Part shown: piece after piece, positions 48,601 through 51,937 of the stretch
Layout: the number at the start of each line of letters is the position of its first letter
How positions within the stretch are numbered: the first letter of the stretch is position 1
Assembly (NCBI GenBank): GCA_019828565.1
Contig: JAHDYR010000066.1
Span: 584,425 to 636,361 of the forward strand
Source: Carpediemonas membranifera BICM
Taxonomy: Eukaryota > Protista > Fornicata
Direction of reading: 5' to 3'
DNA length: 51,937 nucleotides
Made by a program: the position numbers and the translations under genes
The notes under the pieces: model-generated
Told to the model about the DNA's origin: nothing
What the model saw: only the letters and a program-made list of their open reading frames with translations
The model's database searches: none

Positions 48601-50043
48601 GAGGCGGCGTGTGGAGCCGTCGGTATGCGGGTGAACCGACTGAAGTGCCTCGTCCTGGCGAAGACGGGGACACTGGGCCAAAAAAGCGGACGGGTGCTCG
48701 GTATCCCCGTAGGCGACGACGCGGGCGTTGCCAACGCTGTGGACGCGGCCTTCTCGCGCATGGAGGACGCGCTCGTGCGGGTGGCCGAGATGACCGAGGC
48801 AGTGGGGCCGAAAGCGGCCTCGGTGGCGGTCAATCTGATCAGGTCTTGCGTTCTTCCGATGCCTTCGGCAATCTTTCGCAACGTGAGCCCGATTGGCCAC
48901 GAATGCCGCACAAAAAGCCTGGAGCGGAAGCTGAGAGCTGCCATCGCACGCATCCTTCAGGTATCCGACGTCACAAAGATACCCGAAGAGCGTCTAGCGC
49001 TCGATTTCGCCGACTACGGGCTCCGTATCCCTCTTCCGTCGCTCATCTGGAAGTGTGCATTTTTGGGCGCAGCCCACCAGCTGCACGCCCTAGGCATCAC
49101 CCGGGACATGGAGGCGGCGCTGTTCTCTCCAGAAGAGTGCCAGGAGTGGCCCAAAACCATCCAGGAACTGTTTAGCATCGAGGCTGAAAAGCCGCAGAAG
49201 ACACTCACTACGATGCTTGCAAAAGCCTGGACGGCCAAGTACCGCCCCAAGACACCCGCCGACTTCGGCCTAGACCCCGAGGAGGTCTCCCAGGGCCTCT
49301 CTGACTGCAGCTCCCTCGAGGCCCCCGCCGCCGGACTCCTCCGCAAAGAAGCCGCGCTGAGCCCCCTCGACCTCGAGCAGACCTCCTGCGACAGCGTGTT
49401 CGTCCCCGTCACCCGGGCGCACCTCAACATCGCCCCATTCCGCGAGATGCCGGTCACCTGCCCCCTCTGTGGCCAGCAGGACATCACGTGGCGCCACGCC
49501 CTCGGCTGCTCCTACCTGAAGGATGGCGCGACCAACGCACGCCACGACAGCATCAAGATGGCTGTGCACGATCTCGTGACCCAGGACGACCTCCGCGGGC
49601 GCCCCATCCCCCACTGCAAGCCCGAGTTCGATCTGCTCGACACCCACCCTAGGTTCCGCGTCACGAGCGCCGACGCCCCCACACACAAGCGGGCTGACCT
49701 CAAGGTCTGGGGCGAGCGCGACGTGGTCGGAAACGTCGTCCACGACGACGTCTACGTCGACTTCTACTGCGGTCTTCACCCCCGCGACGCCGAGACCGAG
49801 AAGACCCGGGAGTACGCCAACTGGGACGTCACCTTCCTGGTCGCCGCCACCACCGTCGGCGGCGCCACGGAGTCCCGCCTGACCGCGGACTGGGCGGTGC
49901 AGTTTTGCGACGCCATTGCACGGCCGCACCTGGCGGGAACCATGCGCGACACGGCCTTCCTGAAGGCCTGGGAGGGCAACCTCAGCATCTGGAGTGACTA
50001 TGTCAGCCAGTGCAAGGCCCGCTGGGCCGAGCTCAACCTATAA
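45697..50043 (+). CDS. Unit 11 RT-RLE polyprotein, subfamily A
   Basis: ORFs 45361-47112, 47013-47852 and 47890-50043 (717 aa, RT to RLE); one -1 and one +1 indel. Confidence 0.92.
46330..46715 (+). repeat. 93-bp coding minisatellite, 4 copies (unit 11)
   Basis: Core occurs 4 times, in frame. Confidence 0.9.
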
Positions 50044-50066
50044 CCAGGTCCCTGCACAGAAATCTG

Positions 50067-50206
50067 GAGTCGCGACTCGGCTGACTTGGCCACTCTAGGC
50101 TGCGTCGTCCCCGAGCCCCCCTGCGCCTCCCGCCCCATCGCCGCATCGCATAACGCATCCCCTGCCCCTGCGCGAGAGTGGTTACCCTAAGTTCCGCGGA
50201 GTCGCG
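50067..50206 (+). ncRNA. Putative structured cis-RNA element (long imperfect stem-loop) in the spacer; representative copy
   Basis: Nested pairings by eye: cgcgactc/gagtcgcg, gactt/aagtt and ggccactct/agagtggtt. No folding program was run. Confidence 0.45.
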
Positions 50207-50241
50207 TGTCGTTCGGACAACCTGGGAAAGTAAATTCGGCC

Positions 50242-51937
50242 ATGGTATCCAGAGGAAAGTTGCTCGATTCGCCGCCGCAAGGCGAAGAATCCTGCCATAC
50301 ATCCGATGAAGGACCAGGTGACACGAATTACCAGAAACTAGCGCTGTTCGCTGCGCTCCTGCGCGTAATGGACGAAATTCGTCAGCACTGCCCGAAAGGC
50401 TCGTGGCCGAAGAACGCTGAGGCCTTCATCGAGGTTTGTATGAACAAAGATCGTTTATTGCGCCTTGTGACGGACAACAAACGCTTCTTCACGATCAACA
50501 ACCTTTCTTTGATCACGGACTACGTTCATGCGGCCACAAACCGCTTCGGGCCAGGCCATAAGCCGAAGGCATCCCGCCGTGATGACCACATCGCCAATGC
50601 CACTTCACTTCTTCACGCCGCAGCCACCAACCAGGTGTTCACTGCTACGATCTCGATTGATCGTGCCAACGAGGCCCTCGAGCGCGTGATACGGGGCAGA
50701 AGGACCGATGAGCAGCTCATGAGGGAGCACCCTCGTCCGCTCCGCCCGTCCGAGATCGCCGCTCGCCGCGCCAAGACCGGGCGTCAGTCATACGCCCAAC
50801 TGATCAGCCGTGTCGAGGAGGCCCGCCCGGCAAGCCCTGCGCGAGACCGCACTGCCTTCCTCGAGGCAGAAGCATACGCGTGTCGCGTAGCTGCTGGCCG
50901 CGCAGACCGTCAACAGCAGGGTGATAGGCCCCCGAGCCCCACCCCTGCCGATGCTGCCCCCACCGACTCCGCTGCCGCCCTAACTGGGCCGCAGCCCGCA
51001 GCCGCCCAGCGGGATGACCGGTCTACCGACACCACCCCTGCCCAGGATGCCCCCACCGACTCCGCTGCCGCCCTAACTGGGCCGCAGCCCGCAGCCGCCC
51101 AGCGGGATGACCGGTCTACCGACACCACCCCTGCCCAGGCTGCCCCCACCGACTCCGCTGTCGCCCTAACTGGGCCGCAGCCCGCAGCCGCCCCGCAGGG
51201 TGACAGGCCCACGCGCCAGACCCCCGCCCAGGTTGCCCCCCACCCAGCCAGAGGAGAGGAACATCGACGACACCGCAGTGTCCGAGTTCCTCTCCCTGGC
51301 GGGCGTCGAAGCAGGGGAAGGGGAGAGAGCTGAGTCAGAGACCGGGCACGAAGCCCGTGGTGACTCAGCCAACCCTCCCCTTCGCCCGCCGCCGCAGGCA
51401 AGCCAAGGCCCTGAACCACGTACATTTGTGTACACAGGCCCTCCTGGCGCTCTTAACCAGATCACGGAGGCGCACCCTGGGCCAGCATCATCCACGCCTA
51501 CCCAGGGGTGGCTGAGCCTGCCAAGCTGGATCGACTCCGGCATAGGTTCACCGCAAACATCCCGACCCACCTGGTCGAGTCTCATTGGGGCTCGGCCGAG
51601 CAGGTAAGGTCCACACTCACGACAGCAGTCCGGGTCGGAGAAGTGTCCGGCGGGCAGAATGGCGTCCACAGGATGTCACGTGAACGCTGGACACAGCTTC
51701 TCGGAAGGGCATCTCTTCGCGGACGAGCCGGACAGGCGGCCACCCTACAGCTTCCCGAAAGGGTTCCGCGAGTTCACACCAAGGTTGGTCTACTTCATGA
51801 GGGAGGCCTGCGGACTCCGGCAGGACCCCACAACCGGTGGTCCACCGCACACCAGACCCAGTCTGACCCAGCGGAGACCGAGAGCCGCACTCCTCCCCAT
51901 GCCACCAACTGACCCCATCGCAGGCGACCTGCCCCTC
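50242..51937 (+). CDS. Unit 12 (partial, subfamily C): N2 domain, minisatellite, linker
   Basis: ORFs 50206-51333, 51200-51607 and 51508-51912; C-type sequence follows tacagcttcc; cut by the window end. Confidence 0.86.
50917..51208 (+). repeat. 93-bp coding minisatellite, 3 copies (unit 12)
   Basis: Core occurs 3 times. Confidence 0.9.

Larger units (their letters stand above)
1..51937 (+). mobile_element. Head-to-tail tandem array of RLE-type non-LTR retrotransposons (CRE/Genie-like), 11 complete + 2 partial units, three subfamilies
   Basis: The same architecture recurs with GCCATGG starts at 564, 4905, 9364, 14103, 18523, 22977, 27475, 32064, 36614, 41201, 45697 and 50242. Each complete unit has RT motifs (SAPGPSG, RPIAMGExLRRL, VDMxNAY, GIxQGDPxSPxLF, YQDD, GMRVNxxK), a CX2CX8HX3C knuckle and RH..ADL..D..EK..Y RLE motifs. 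Confidence 0.96.

Overview
The whole window is one head-to-tail tandem array of a GC-rich non-LTR retrotransposon with a restriction-like endonuclease (RLE); the motifs most resemble the CRE/Genie side of the R2 superfamily. It holds 11 complete units of about 4.3-4.7 kb plus partial units at both ends, all on the + strand, and no host gene. Each unit carries one ORF of roughly 1,400-1,500 codons, broken in this assembly mostly by single-base homopolymer indels. Its layout is: an N-terminal domain of unknown fold, 2-6 copies of a 93-bp/31-aa Pro/Ala-rich minisatellite, an acidic segment and linker domain, reverse transcriptase (YQDD), a CCHC knuckle and the RLE nuclease. Consecutive ORFs are separated by a near-invariant spacer of about 197 nt with no poly(A) tail and no 5' truncation. 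Three diverged subfamilies are interleaved in the order A|B A A B A C C C C C A|C and are mosaics of shared modules (A = N1+La+RT-A, B = N2+Lb+RT-B, C = N2+La+RT-C). All three share essentially the same junction block. It contains a 12-bp palindrome, a long imperfect stem-loop, an antisense G-quadruplex motif, an AGTAAAT heptamer (matching the Giardia-type poly(A) signal) 6 nt before the next ATG, and a GCAA-capped hairpin. The host and the chromosomal location (telomeric or otherwise) cannot be determined from the window.
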